Source of the DNA: a bacterium | Lineage (GTDB): Bacteria > JAGOBX01 | Direction of reading: 5' to 3' | Length of the DNA stretch: 64,000 nt | Assembly: GCA_029551925.1 (NCBI GenBank) | Contig: JAKPEO010000056.1 | Coordinates: forward strand, 703 to 64,702 | Shown: one piece after another, positions 29,366-39,008 of the stretch | Layout: every line of letters begins with the position of its first letter | Numbering within the stretch: the first letter of the stretch is position 1 | Notes under the pieces: generated by a model | Seen by the model: only the letters and a program-made list of their open reading frames with translations | Told to the model about the DNA's origin: nothing | Database searches by the model: none | Translations under genes and position numbers: made by a program

Positions 29366-30805
29366 ATGTATTTATTAGAAAAACTGTATTTGCTGGTAGA
29401 GTATCTAAATAATAGAGTTGCCACATTACAAAAAACAGATGTAGAAAATTATTTAGAAAAGCTGCGGTTACAAACGAATACTGAATTTATATCATTATAT
29501 TTATTTGATTCAAGTTATCATTTACAATATACGACTAATAGTTTTGTCGGGCAGATAAATCTGAATAATCCGCTAATAAAAAAAGTATTTTTAAAAAAAA
29601 ATGCGATTATAGCGTCAGCGCCGCAAATATTTCATAATATAGTATTGATATTTAAAGATTACAAATGCAATATTTATCCGCTTTTTTTTAATAACACTAA
29701 TTTAGGGCTCGTAATTTTATTTTTTAAAAACAAAATGAACGAAGAATTAAAATGGTTTGCCGATTTAGCTGTTAGATATTTAGCGCAAATAATATATGGC
29801 AAGACGGATGTATTGCTGAACGGACAAAGCGGCGATAACGCAGCAGATACAATTTTTTTTGAAAATCCGATAATGCAAAAAAATATTGAAATTATAAAAA
29901 ATATAGCGCCTACAAAAATTAATGTGTTATTGACAGGCGAAAGCGGCGCAGGTAAAGAATTAATGGCGCGTTATATTCATAAATTAAGTGACAGAAAAGA
30001 ATATCCTTTTATTACGGTATCTTGCAGTGCCATCCCGTCGACTTTAATAGAAAGCGAATTATTCGGAGTAAAAAAAGGGGCGTTTACAGGTGCGTTAGCG
30101 GATAGAAAAGGAAAATTTTTATTAGCAGATAAAGGCACAGTTTTTTTAGATGATGTGTCAGAATTATCAGAAAATGTTCAGATGAAGTTATTAAGAGTGC
30201 TTCAAGAACGCAAAATACAGCCGCTCGGCGATGTAGAAGAACAATTAATAGATGTTAGAATAATAGCTGCGACGCGCGAACCTTTGGAAAAATTAATTAG
30301 TTCAAAGAAAATTCGTGAAGATTTATTTTTTAGATTGAATGGTATAGTTATTAATATTCCGCCACTTCGCGAGCGTCGTGAAGATTTGCCGTTATTGATA
30401 AATTATTTTTTGAATAAATATAATGTTGCTTATTCTAAAAATATAAAAATTCCAAATGACATTTTGAAGAAAATGTTTAAAAATGAATGGCGCGGAAATG
30501 TGAGAGAATTACAAAATTATATAGAACGCCTTGTAGTGCTTTCTGATGAAAATGAAATAGTTGAAAATCTTAATTTATACGCAAGCGTGGATAGAAAAAT
30601 AACTAACTCAACAGAATTAGATGAATTATTAAAAATACAAGAGTCAAACAATATTACTTTATCGGAAGCAGAATATTTATTCAAAAAATGGTTTTTGAAA
30701 ATGCAATTATCAAAGAATAATTTTAATATTACAAATACCGCAAAAAAGATTAATGTTCAGCGTACATATTTAAGTAAATTAGTAAAGGATTATAAATTAA
30801 AGTAA
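29366..30805 (+). CDS. sigma-54-dependent transcriptional activator (GAF-like N-terminus, AAA+, Fis-type HTH)
   Basis: GESGAGKE Walker A, ESELFG, GAFTGA, RVIAATRE-like IIAATRE, and C-terminal NITNTAKKINVQRTYLSKLVK. Confidence 0.9.
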   Translation: MYLLEKLYLLVEYLNNRVATLQKTDVENYLEKLRLQTNTEFISLYLFDSSYHLQYTTNSFVGQINLNNPLIKKVFLKKNAIIASAPQIFHNIVLIFKDYKCNIYPLFFNNTNLGLVILFFKNKMNEELKWFADLAVRYLAQIIYGKTDVLLNGQSGDNAADTIFFENPIMQKNIEIIKNIAPTKINVLLTGESGAGKELMARYIHKLSDRKEYPFITVSCSAIPSTLIESELFGVKKGAFTGALADRKGKFLLADKGTVFLDDVSELSENVQMKLLRVLQERKIQPLGDVEEQLIDVRIIAATREPLEKLISSKKIREDLFFRLNGIVINIPPLRERREDLPLLINYFLNKYNVAYSKNIKIPNDILKKMFKNEWRGNVRELQNYIERLVVLSDENEIVENLNLYASVDRKITNSTELDELLKIQESNNITLSEAEYLFKKWFLKMQLSKNNFNITNTAKKINVQRTYLSKLVKDYKLK

Positions 30806-30820
30806 AGGAGCGAAGATTAT

Positions 30821-31360
30821 ATGTTAAAAAAAGTTGATTTAAAATATACAAATAGATTAATAAATCACGGACCGCTTGTTATTGTATCAGCAGAAAATGC
30901 AGATAAACGCACATTTACTCCGATAGCCTGGAATATGCCTGTTGAGCATTCGCCGGCATTAATTGCTTTGACAATAGCAAAAGAAAATTTTGTTAATACA
31001 TTAATCAAAAAATCAAAAGAATTTTGTGTGAATATCCCGAGCATTGATTATTTGGATTTAGTGCTAAAATTAGGGAGCGTATCCGGTAAAGAGATAGATA
31101 AAATCAGAGAATACAAATTGAAGGTCAAAAAATGTAAAAAAATAAATTGTCATTATTGGACAGAAGCAATAGCGACGATTGAATGCAAACTTATAAAAAC
31201 TGTCGGCATATCAGAAGTAGATATTTTTATTGGCGAAGCATTATATTGTTCAGCAAATGAAAATTTTAAAAACGATTGTTGGTCAGCAGATAAATTGCAG
31301 ACCGTCCATCATTTAGGCAATTTGAATTTTGTAACTCTCAAAAAAATAAAAAGAAATTAA
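30821..31360 (+). CDS. flavin reductase-like FMN-binding (split-barrel) protein
   Basis: GPLVIVSAENADKRTFTPIAWNMPV ... PALIALTIAKENFVNTLIKKSKEFCVNIPS, a typical Flavin_Reduct pattern. Confidence 0.7.
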   Translation: MLKKVDLKYTNRLINHGPLVIVSAENADKRTFTPIAWNMPVEHSPALIALTIAKENFVNTLIKKSKEFCVNIPSIDYLDLVLKLGSVSGKEIDKIREYKLKVKKCKKINCHYWTEAIATIECKLIKTVGISEVDIFIGEALYCSANENFKNDCWSADKLQTVHHLGNLNFVTLKKIKRN

Positions 31361-31361
31361 T

Positions 31362-31390
31362 TTGACAATGTTTGAAATGAAAAGTAAAAT
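31362..31390 (+). promoter_or_regulatory. sigma70-type promoter candidate TTGACA-17-TAAAAT
   Basis: TTGACA at 31362-31367 and TAAAAT at 31385-31390, ~55 nt upstream of the hydrogenase-like MCP gene. Confidence 0.4.
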
Positions 31391-31443
31391 TATTATTTAA
31401 TTAAGATGTTTTTAAAAAAATATAAATAACAAGGTGTTAAAAA

Positions 31444-33318
31444 ATGCAAAATTTAGCGGCTGTAATAAAAATTGATGAAACAAAATGTATAAATTGCTAT
31501 CGCTGCATAAGCGTATGTCCAGTGAAATATTGTAATGACGGTAGCGGTGATTATGTTAAAATAAATCATAATCTTTGTTTGGGCTGCGGTGCTTGTATTA
31601 AAGCGTGTTCGCATAAAGCGCGTATCGGAATAGATGATTTAGATTTATTTTTAGAAGATTTATCAAAAGGTATTCCAATAGTAGCAATAGCGGCGCCAGC
31701 GGTCGCTTCAAATTTTCCATATAAATATTTAAAATTAAATACTTGGCTGAAATCAAAAGGAGTTAAAGCGATATTTGATGTAAGTTTTGGCGCGGAATTA
31801 ACAATAAAATCATATTTAGAATATGTGAAAGCAAGTAACCCTAAATGCGTGATTGCTCAGCCTTGTCCTGCGATTGTGACATTTATAGAAATTTACAAAC
31901 CGGAATTAATTACATATTTATCGCCCGCACACAGTCCAATGCTTCATACCATCGCTATGGTGAAAAATTTTTATACGCAGTATCGAAATTGTAAGTTTGT
32001 AGTTATCTCTCCCTGTTTAGCAAAACGCAGAGAATTTAATGAAACGAATTTAGGCGATTATAATGTTACAATTGCAAATTTGAATAGATATTTTGAAAAT
32101 AATAATATTTCGTTAAATGCTTTACAAGATACAGAATACGATAATCCGCCAGCAGAACGCGCTGTATTATTTTCTACGCCAGGCGGATTAATGAGGACCG
32201 CGATGCGCGAGATACCGCAAATAATGGAAGCCACAAGAAAAATAGAAGGCAACCCGCTAATCTATCATTATTTAGAAAAATTAATTGATATTATAAACGC
32301 CAATAAATCGCCATTAATTGTAGATTGTTTAAATTGTGAATTTGGCTGTAATGCCGGTCCCGGCACCTTAAATATTGATGAACATCCTGATGATTTTGAA
32401 TTTTATATAGAAGAACGGCAGCGTGAAATGCGCGAAAAATACAAACCTACTGGCTTGAATAAATTAACAAAAACAAATAAAAAATTAAAAAAAACAATAA
32501 ATAGTTTTTGGAAGCCGGGAATATATGATAGACATTATCGGAATTTATCTGAAAATAATATTTTGAAAAATCCGAATGAAATTCAATTAAAAGAAATATA
32601 CGAATCAATGTTAAAAAAAAGTGATGAAGATATTTATAATTGCTCATCATGCGGGTATAATTCCTGCAGAAATATGGCGATTGCAATTTTTAATAATTTA
32701 AACAAAAAAGAAAATTGTCATTATTATCAGAAAAAATTATTAGAATTAGAACATTCGAGAGTAGAAGATGAAATGCTGAAAACTCAAAAGGCAAATAAAG
32801 AAATGATAAGTATCGCTAAATCTATAAGCGAAGCGATTATTGAACTCGATACGAATAACATTACAATAAAAAAGATGGCAGAGGATTTATTAAGAGAATC
32901 AAAAATACAGGAAAAAAGTTTTGTTAATCTTGTTAAAGAAATAACCAACACTTCCGCGATTACCAAAGAATTTAATACGATAGTATCAGCGATTACAAAA
33001 ATAGCGGAGCAAACAGGATTATTATCGCTAAATGCCGCGATAGAAGCAGCGCGGGCTGGCGCATCAGGCAAAGGTTTTGCAATTGTTGCAGACGAAGTGA
33101 AAAAGTTGTCAATGCATACGCAAATTGAAGCTAAAAAAATCGAACCATACGCTGAAAAAATTAAATCTGTATTTGATATGATTATTGATAAAGTAAAATA
33201 TTCAGCGGAAAAATATTCTGAAACGAGCAATTTAGTAGAAAATATGACGGCGGCAGCTGTAGAAATTTCAGAAGCTACTGGTAAATTACGGCAGGAAATT
33301 ATAGATAAAAATTTATAA
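31444..33318 (+). CDS. soluble [FeFe]-hydrogenase-like sensor fused to a methyl-accepting chemotaxis (MCP) signalling domain
   Basis: Two ferredoxin motifs ([24 protein letters not shown]). H-cluster-type motifs [19 protein letters not shown] and [13 protein letters not shown]. An extra CSSCGYNSC...C motif. C-terminal MCP hairpin [37 protein letters not shown]. No TM segments. Confidence 0.85.
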   Translation: MQNLAAVIKIDETKCINCYRCISVCPVKYCNDGSGDYVKINHNLCLGCGACIKACSHKARIGIDDLDLFLEDLSKGIPIVAIAAPAVASNFPYKYLKLNTWLKSKGVKAIFDVSFGAELTIKSYLEYVKASNPKCVIAQPCPAIVTFIEIYKPELITYLSPAHSPMLHTIAMVKNFYTQYRNCKFVVISPCLAKRREFNETNLGDYNVTIANLNRYFENNNISLNALQDTEYDNPPAERAVLFSTPGGLMRTAMREIPQIMEATRKIEGNPLIYHYLEKLIDIINANKSPLIVDCLNCEFGCNAGPGTLNIDEHPDDFEFYIEERQREMREKYKPTGLNKLTKTNKKLKKTINSFWKPGIYDRHYRNLSENNILKNPNEIQLKEIYESMLKKSDEDIYNCSSCGYNSCRNMAIAIFNNLNKKENCHYYQKKLLELEHSRVEDEMLKTQKANKEMISIAKSISEAIIELDTNNITIKKMAEDLLRESKIQEKSFVNLVKEITNTSAITKEFNTIVSAITKIAEQTGLLSLNAAIEAARAGASGKGFAIVADEVKKLSMHTQIEAKKIEPYAEKIKSVFDMIIDKVKYSAEKYSETSNLVENMTAAAVEISEATGKLRQEIIDKNL

Positions 33319-33330
33319 TTAAAATTAATT

Positions 33331-33651
33331 ATGAATCTATTAAGAAATTTTAGATTAAAAATGCAATCTGTAAATGATATTAATCTAAATAGCGGTCTGC
33401 GCCCTCGCAAAAAAATCAAAACAAAGAAAAAAAAGATTTTTGATTTGTATAGAATATATTATAAAATTGTTAAGGGTCGTGAGCAAGTGATTACCGCCTT
33501 TGTAGTGGGCGTAGTGCTGATAGCATTGTGGTTTTTATATTTAATATTCGGCACTTGGAGCCCTGCAAAATTTATGGCTGGCGTAGATCAAAACGAAGAA
33601 ATAAAATTGCCTGGCAATAATATATACAATGAAAAATTGCCTAAAGAATGA
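33331..33651 (+). CDS. small single-pass membrane protein, hypothetical
   Basis: Basic N-terminus and a convincing TM helix VITAFVVGVVLIALWFLYLIFG. ATGA overlap with the next gene. Confidence 0.35.
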   Translation: MNLLRNFRLKMQSVNDINLNSGLRPRKKIKTKKKKIFDLYRIYYKIVKGREQVITAFVVGVVLIALWFLYLIFGTWSPAKFMAGVDQNEEIKLPGNNIYNEKLPKE

Positions 33652-34250
33652 TAACATTATCTAAAAAAGAATTTCGTCAACTCGTCAAAAATGAATTTAC
33701 TAAATTTTCTATTGATTATTTAAAAATCAATTCGGAAAAAATTTGCCGAAAATTAATAGACTTTTTGCAAATCAACAAATATCAATATTCTAATAACATT
33801 ATAACTTATATGCCGATAAAATATGAAGTTGATGTTAGTTTGTTTAATAAATATATTTTAAATTCAGCAGAATATAAATTATTAGTTCCGAAAATTATTG
33901 ATGCGCAAAAATTTGAAGTTTTTGAAATAAATAAATATACCAAATATAAAACTAATAAATACGGTATTTTAGAACCGTCAGATGTTTTGATAGAAAATAA
34001 AGAATATAAAGATATTGAATTAAGAAAAAAAATAATTATAATATGTCCCGGCTTAGCATTTGATTTGAGCGGAAATAGATTGGGCCGCGGCGCTGGCTAT
34101 TATGATAATTTTTTTGAAAGCAATAATGCCGAAAGGTTTTATAAAATCGGCGTATGCTTTGATTTTATGCTGTTTGACGCGTTGCCGTCAAATTTGCGCG
34201 ATGTAAAAATGGATTGTATAATAATGTCGGAAAAAATTATTAATATTTGA
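33648..34250 (+). CDS. 5-formyltetrahydrofolate cyclo-ligase
   Basis: 200 aa. PGLAFDLSGNRLGRGAGYYDNFF is the family signature. Confidence 0.8.
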   Translation: MITLSKKEFRQLVKNEFTKFSIDYLKINSEKICRKLIDFLQINKYQYSNNIITYMPIKYEVDVSLFNKYILNSAEYKLLVPKIIDAQKFEVFEINKYTKYKTNKYGILEPSDVLIENKEYKDIELRKKIIIICPGLAFDLSGNRLGRGAGYYDNFFESNNAERFYKIGVCFDFMLFDALPSNLRDVKMDCIIMSEKIINI

Positions 34251-34265
34251 AATTGTTGAATAAAT

Positions 34266-35564
34266 ATGATTTGGAAAATAATTTATAATTTTTTGTTAAT
34301 ACAATTAGGCAGAATTTATTATTACGAGCAAATAATATTTAATGAAAAAGTATATACTTCGTATAAACTTCGGCAGGATACATTTAAAGAATTAGTCAAT
34401 ATACGAAAAAATTGCGGCGTTAATAAGAAAATAATTTTGATACACAGCGCGTCAGTCGGCGAATTTGAACAAGCGCGTCCTGTAATTTCGCTAATTAAAG
34501 AAAAATTCGGCGATGATTATGCTATTGTTTGCACTTTTTATTCGCCGTCTGGTTATTATTTTGCCAAAAAATTGAACGACGTAAAAATTAGCGGAATAGC
34601 AATGCTGCCGCTTGATACATATCCGCGAATGTATAAATTTTTTAAGATATTAAAGCCGTCTATGATATTTTTTATGCGTTATGATTTATGGGCGAATATG
34701 GTCTGGCGCGCAGCGAAAAATAATGTTAAGATGTATATATTAAACGGCACGGTCCGCGAGACATCTTTGCGCGGCAGTAAAATGACACAGTCATTTTTTA
34801 GAAGTTTTTATAAATATATAGATAAAGTTTTTGTGATTTCTGAAAATGATAAAAATAGATATGCTAAAATAGTAGATGAAAATAAAATAATTATTACTGG
34901 CGATTCGCGCTATGATATAGTATTTGAAAAAGCGCAGACTGCGAAATTTGACGAAAAAATATTTGCTGTATTTGCGGATAAAAAAAATAATTTTAGAATA
35001 TTTATAGCAGGCAGCACATATATAGACGAAGATAAGATATTATTAGCTGCTGTAAAAAAACTCAAAGAAAAAATTAGCAATTTTAAATATATAGTTGTTC
35101 CTCATGAAATAGCGCCGCCGCGCATAAACGAATTGATTAATTTTTGCAAAGAACATAATTTGACTTATGTCTGTGAAACAGATAATCCTTCTGAAAAAGA
35201 TTATTTAGAAAAAGATGTTATAATTTACAACAAAATCGGAGCGCTTTATAAAATTTATAAATTGTCAGATATATCGTTTATTGGTGGTAGTTTTCACGGC
35301 AGTATTCATAACATTATGGAACCTGCTGTGTATGAAAAATTTATTGTGTTTGGTCCTACTTATAGAAACGCGTATGAAGCGCAGTTGTTTTTACAGAATA
35401 ATGCCGCTGAATGTTTTATTAATTCCGAAGAATTAGTAAAAATTATTGAAGATTATTTTTTGAATGAAAATTCAAAATATAAAAAATATCCTAAAAAAGC
35501 AAAGGAAATAGTATCGCAGAATCTTGGCTGCGCAAAAAAAATATTTGAAAATATTTTCTGTTAA
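34266..35564 (+). CDS. waaA: 3-deoxy-D-manno-octulosonic acid (Kdo) transferase
   Basis: IHSASVGEFEQARPVI near the N-terminus, ~430 aa, GT30 layout. Confidence 0.8.
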   Translation: MIWKIIYNFLLIQLGRIYYYEQIIFNEKVYTSYKLRQDTFKELVNIRKNCGVNKKIILIHSASVGEFEQARPVISLIKEKFGDDYAIVCTFYSPSGYYFAKKLNDVKISGIAMLPLDTYPRMYKFFKILKPSMIFFMRYDLWANMVWRAAKNNVKMYILNGTVRETSLRGSKMTQSFFRSFYKYIDKVFVISENDKNRYAKIVDENKIIITGDSRYDIVFEKAQTAKFDEKIFAVFADKKNNFRIFIAGSTYIDEDKILLAAVKKLKEKISNFKYIVVPHEIAPPRINELINFCKEHNLTYVCETDNPSEKDYLEKDVIIYNKIGALYKIYKLSDISFIGGSFHGSIHNIMEPAVYEKFIVFGPTYRNAYEAQLFLQNNAAECFINSEELVKIIEDYFLNENSKYKKYPKKAKEIVSQNLGCAKKIFENIFC

Positions 35565-35570
35565 AATTTT

Positions 35571-37133
35571 ATGAAGAAAAAAAATATAAAATTATTTTTT
35601 TTTATTTTTTGCTGTGTTTTTTTGTTTTTTTTAAATGAAAAAAATATAAATGCAGCAAATGATGAAGTAAAAATAATAAATGAATATTTGCAGAATTTAA
35701 AAAAAATTATTTCTAATTCGCCGATTGATTTAGTAGCGTCAAAAGAAAATGAAGTTTTAAATGAAATTAATTTTTTTGATAAAAATATTTTCGAAAAATT
35801 ATGGATATATGTTCAGCAAGATATTTTAGATGCAAATAATATAAATGTTTTTGTAAAAGAAATAAAAATTAATAATGAATATTATGAAGTTGAGATTTTG
35901 AAAATTGGTAAAATATCGTATTTATTCAGAACATCAGATGATAAATTAGTCGGATATTTAGATTACAATGATAAAAGTTATATTTGGAAAATAGCGGAGC
36001 CGCGCGTCAAAAAAGAAATATTAAAAGCGTTTAAAATTTATAATAAAGTAGCTATACCTGAAATGTGTATGCTGCCTATATTAGCGCCTAAAAAAATAAA
36101 AATTCTTGAATTATCACAACTGCCGCAAAATTTCGATAATCTGATTGCATTAAAAAAACAATTGGATAATGATATAAACAATGTAAATTTATTAAAAGTT
36201 TTTTTTGATGAATGCTTGAAATATCAGTCGTATTTATATTCTGTTGTTTATGTTGATGATGAAATTTATGTTGGTTCATTAGGTCGTCAGCCGGCAAGTA
36301 TAATAGTATTTGGCAATTTAAACGGATACTATAATTTAAAAAATAAAAGAGTCTATGGAATATTAAATTTTCAAAAAGACCGGAAAAAAATAGAAGCGAT
36401 AGATTATTTTAAGACATTATCATATTCAAAAAAAATTAAGGCGTTATTTGAAAATTTAGAAAGCGGAAAATTATTTTTTGCGCCAATAGATATTAGTCAA
36501 GGCCGCGCGCGCGAGCGTTTAGAGTTTGGAAAAAATATAATAGAATATTTAAAATCCGGAGGATTATTAGTTTATCCTATATTATTAATTGGATTAATTT
36601 CGATAATTATTGTAATCGAACGGCTGATATTTTTAAAAAGAAAAATAGGCAATTCTGATGAATTAACCACTAATATTATTGAATTGATTCAAAAAAAAGA
36701 TTGGCAGACAGCAGAAAATATTTGTAAACAAAAAAAATGGCTAATAGCGAAAATATTATTGCGCGGCATACAAAATAAAAATGCTGATGCGGAACAGATG
36801 ACTAATGTATTGAATGCCGCGGCGCTTTTTGAAATACCGAAATTAGAGAGATATTTATCGACTTTAAATGTATTTGCCGCTATTACCCCGCTGCTTGGAT
36901 TATTAGGAACGGTTGTCGGTATGATTAAGACATTTGAGGCAATATCAATATTTGGCGCAGGTGACCCGCGCTTGATGTCTGCTGGTATATCTGAAGCTTT
37001 GATTACGACTGAATTAGGGCTTAGTGTCGCTATACCTATACTTTTTATTCATAATTTATTAGAAAATAAAGTTGATATTGTTGTGTCAGATATAGCGCGC
37101 GATTGTTTGCGATTTTGCAATGCGTTAAAATAA
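35571..37133 (+). CDS. MotA/TolQ/ExbB-family proton channel protein with ~330-aa N-terminal periplasmic extension
   Basis: Signal peptide and a long soluble domain. C-terminal PLLGLLGTVVGMIKTFEAI ... SEALITTELGLSVAIPILFIHN. Confidence 0.8.
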   Translation: MKKKNIKLFFFIFCCVFLFFLNEKNINAANDEVKIINEYLQNLKKIISNSPIDLVASKENEVLNEINFFDKNIFEKLWIYVQQDILDANNINVFVKEIKINNEYYEVEILKIGKISYLFRTSDDKLVGYLDYNDKSYIWKIAEPRVKKEILKAFKIYNKVAIPEMCMLPILAPKKIKILELSQLPQNFDNLIALKKQLDNDINNVNLLKVFFDECLKYQSYLYSVVYVDDEIYVGSLGRQPASIIVFGNLNGYYNLKNKRVYGILNFQKDRKKIEAIDYFKTLSYSKKIKALFENLESGKLFFAPIDISQGRARERLEFGKNIIEYLKSGGLLVYPILLIGLISIIIVIERLIFLKRKIGNSDELTTNIIELIQKKDWQTAENICKQKKWLIAKILLRGIQNKNADAEQMTNVLNAAALFEIPKLERYLSTLNVFAAITPLLGLLGTVVGMIKTFEAISIFGAGDPRLMSAGISEALITTELGLSVAIPILFIHNLLENKVDIVVSDIARDCLRFCNALK

Positions 37134-37158
37134 ATTTTTGTTTTTATAAATTTATATT

Positions 37159-37734
37159 ATGACAAATTTATTTTATAAGGCGATAGACGATTTGCAATCA
37201 GGCGGTATTATTATGCTGCTTTTATATATTATTTCAATTTATCTTTGGACTAATATGCTTAAAAAATATTGGTTTTTAAAAAAACAGCAATCAGAGAAAG
37301 TAGATAAAATATTATGTTTTAAAGATTTTAATAGCTTTTCTGAATTATGCGAAGAGTCATTATTTTTAAATATTTTTAAGAGTTTAAAACAAACGCCATC
37401 AAATCAAAAAATAAATAAATTTTATGAATTATCTATTTTTGCAGCATCGCTTTTTAATAAAGATTTGAAGATAATTAATGCCTTGATTATCATTGCGCCG
37501 TTGCTTGGATTATTGGGCACAGTTAATGGTATGATAAAAACATTTGAAACATTAAATTATTACAATGCTGAAACATTAGCGTTTTCTGACGGCATCAAAC
37601 AGGCGCTTTATACAACTGAATTAGGTTTGGTTATATCTATTCCAGCATTTTTTTTCTTTAATAGATTAAAGCGCAAAGTAGAAAAATTAACACAACAAAT
37701 AAATAAATTAGAATTATTAATAAAAGAAAATTAA
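37159..37734 (+). CDS. exbB: MotA/TolQ/ExbB-family proton channel protein (short form)
   Basis: PLLGLLGTVNGMIKTFE ... KQALYTTELGLVISIPAFFFFN. Confidence 0.8.
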   Translation: MTNLFYKAIDDLQSGGIIMLLLYIISIYLWTNMLKKYWFLKKQQSEKVDKILCFKDFNSFSELCEESLFLNIFKSLKQTPSNQKINKFYELSIFAASLFNKDLKIINALIIIAPLLGLLGTVNGMIKTFETLNYYNAETLAFSDGIKQALYTTELGLVISIPAFFFFNRLKRKVEKLTQQINKLELLIKEN

Positions 37735-37739
37735 AAAAA

Positions 37740-38150
37740 ATGCTTAATATCAAACGCGCGACTAAACGGATAAATGAAACTATAAATATTACGCCACTAA
37801 TAGATGTAATATTTATTTTATTATTGTTTTTTATAGTTACTACGCAATTTAAAAAAGATGCGGAATTGAATATTGTCAATCCTTCATCAAAAACAGCAGT
37901 CGCGCAGAAGATAGAAAAAATATTAGTGATTTCGTTAACTGCTGATGAAAAAATATTTTTTGATGGTAAACAAATAGAATTGCTGCAATTGCCTGAAATT
38001 TTAAAATACACTGATGCCGGCGCAGTTCAAAAGGCGGTAGTTTTGAATATTGACAAAAAGGTTTCAACGGGTTTTCTTATTGCCATTATAGATGAATGTA
38101 AATTAAGCGGCTTTGAAAATGTAAAGATTAGAGTTAATAAAATTGAATAA
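37740..38150 (+). CDS. exbD: ExbD/TolR biopolymer transport protein
   Basis: INITPLIDVIFILLLFFIVTTQF. 136 aa. Confidence 0.85.
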   Translation: MLNIKRATKRINETINITPLIDVIFILLLFFIVTTQFKKDAELNIVNPSSKTAVAQKIEKILVISLTADEKIFFDGKQIELLQLPEILKYTDAGAVQKAVVLNIDKKVSTGFLIAIIDECKLSGFENVKIRVNKIE

Positions 38151-38167
38151 AATAGAATAAAATTGAT

Positions 38168-38938
38168 TTGATTATGATTAAATTTGAAAATTTAATTTTT
38201 TTTGTTTGCGCGTGTATAATTACATTGTTTATTTTTATTTTATTATCGAGTTTGACAATTAAACAGCATCCGATTAAATTTAAAATAACAGACGAAATTT
38301 TTTTAGATATTTACGATACGCCAAATCAAATACAGAAAAAAAATAGCAATATTGCGTCAAGTCAAAAAAATACGCAGGAAAAAAAAATAGAGCAGCCGCT
38401 TGAAAAAACAGAAAAAATTAATGTCATTAATAACGAAAGATCCATAGAGGAAGAAAAAATAAATGAAGAATCAAAAAAAGAAATAAAGCCGGAGCCGGAG
38501 TATAATATTGAAAATGTTAATCTTTCGCCAAAAGCCGAAGATAAAAAGCAGTCGAATAATTTTGTAATTAGCGAAAATAAAAATAATAGCAGCATATTAA
38601 AAAATGATAATGATGCTGGCGATAAAGATTTTACTAATAATACAGGAGTATATAATCAGAGCGAGTTAGACGTTGCGCCAAAAGTTTTAAATAAAGTTAT
38701 GCCAGAATATCCTTATTTTGCGAGAGAATCCAATAAGACAGGTATTGTAAGATTATCGTTTGTTATTTTATCTGACGGCAGCGTATCTGATATTAAAGTA
38801 ATAAGTGAGACACTGCCCGGAGTATTTACTACTAGCGCAATAAAGGCATTAAGACAATGGAAATTTCAAGCCGGAATTTTAAAAAATAAAAAAGTATCTA
38901 CTTTGGCGACAATAGAATTCAAATTCAAATTAGAATAA
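38168..38938 (+). CDS. tonB: TonB-family energy transducer
   Basis: N-terminal TM, an E/K/P-rich linker, and a C-terminal TonB_C (PEYPYFARESNKTGIVRLSFVILSDGSVSDIKVI ... ALRQWKFQ). The start could be the ATG at 38174. Confidence 0.8.
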   Translation: MIMIKFENLIFFVCACIITLFIFILLSSLTIKQHPIKFKITDEIFLDIYDTPNQIQKKNSNIASSQKNTQEKKIEQPLEKTEKINVINNERSIEEEKINEESKKEIKPEPEYNIENVNLSPKAEDKKQSNNFVISENKNNSSILKNDNDAGDKDFTNNTGVYNQSELDVAPKVLNKVMPEYPYFARESNKTGIVRLSFVILSDGSVSDIKVISETLPGVFTTSAIKALRQWKFQAGILKNKKVSTLATIEFKFKLE

Positions 38939-39008
38939 TTATTTGACTTTATTTTGATTTTATTTTAACATTATAAAAATTATGTTTAAAGGCTATTCTA
39001 AATAAATT

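Noticed and set aside
33319-33647. 6S RNA (ssrS) upstream of the 5-formyl-THF cyclo-ligase gene, by analogy with the E. coli ssrS-ygfA arrangement
   Set aside because: The segment encodes a convincing single-pass membrane protein with ATGA coupling to the next gene. No long imperfect hairpin with a central bubble is evident, and the synteny is known mainly in proteobacteria.
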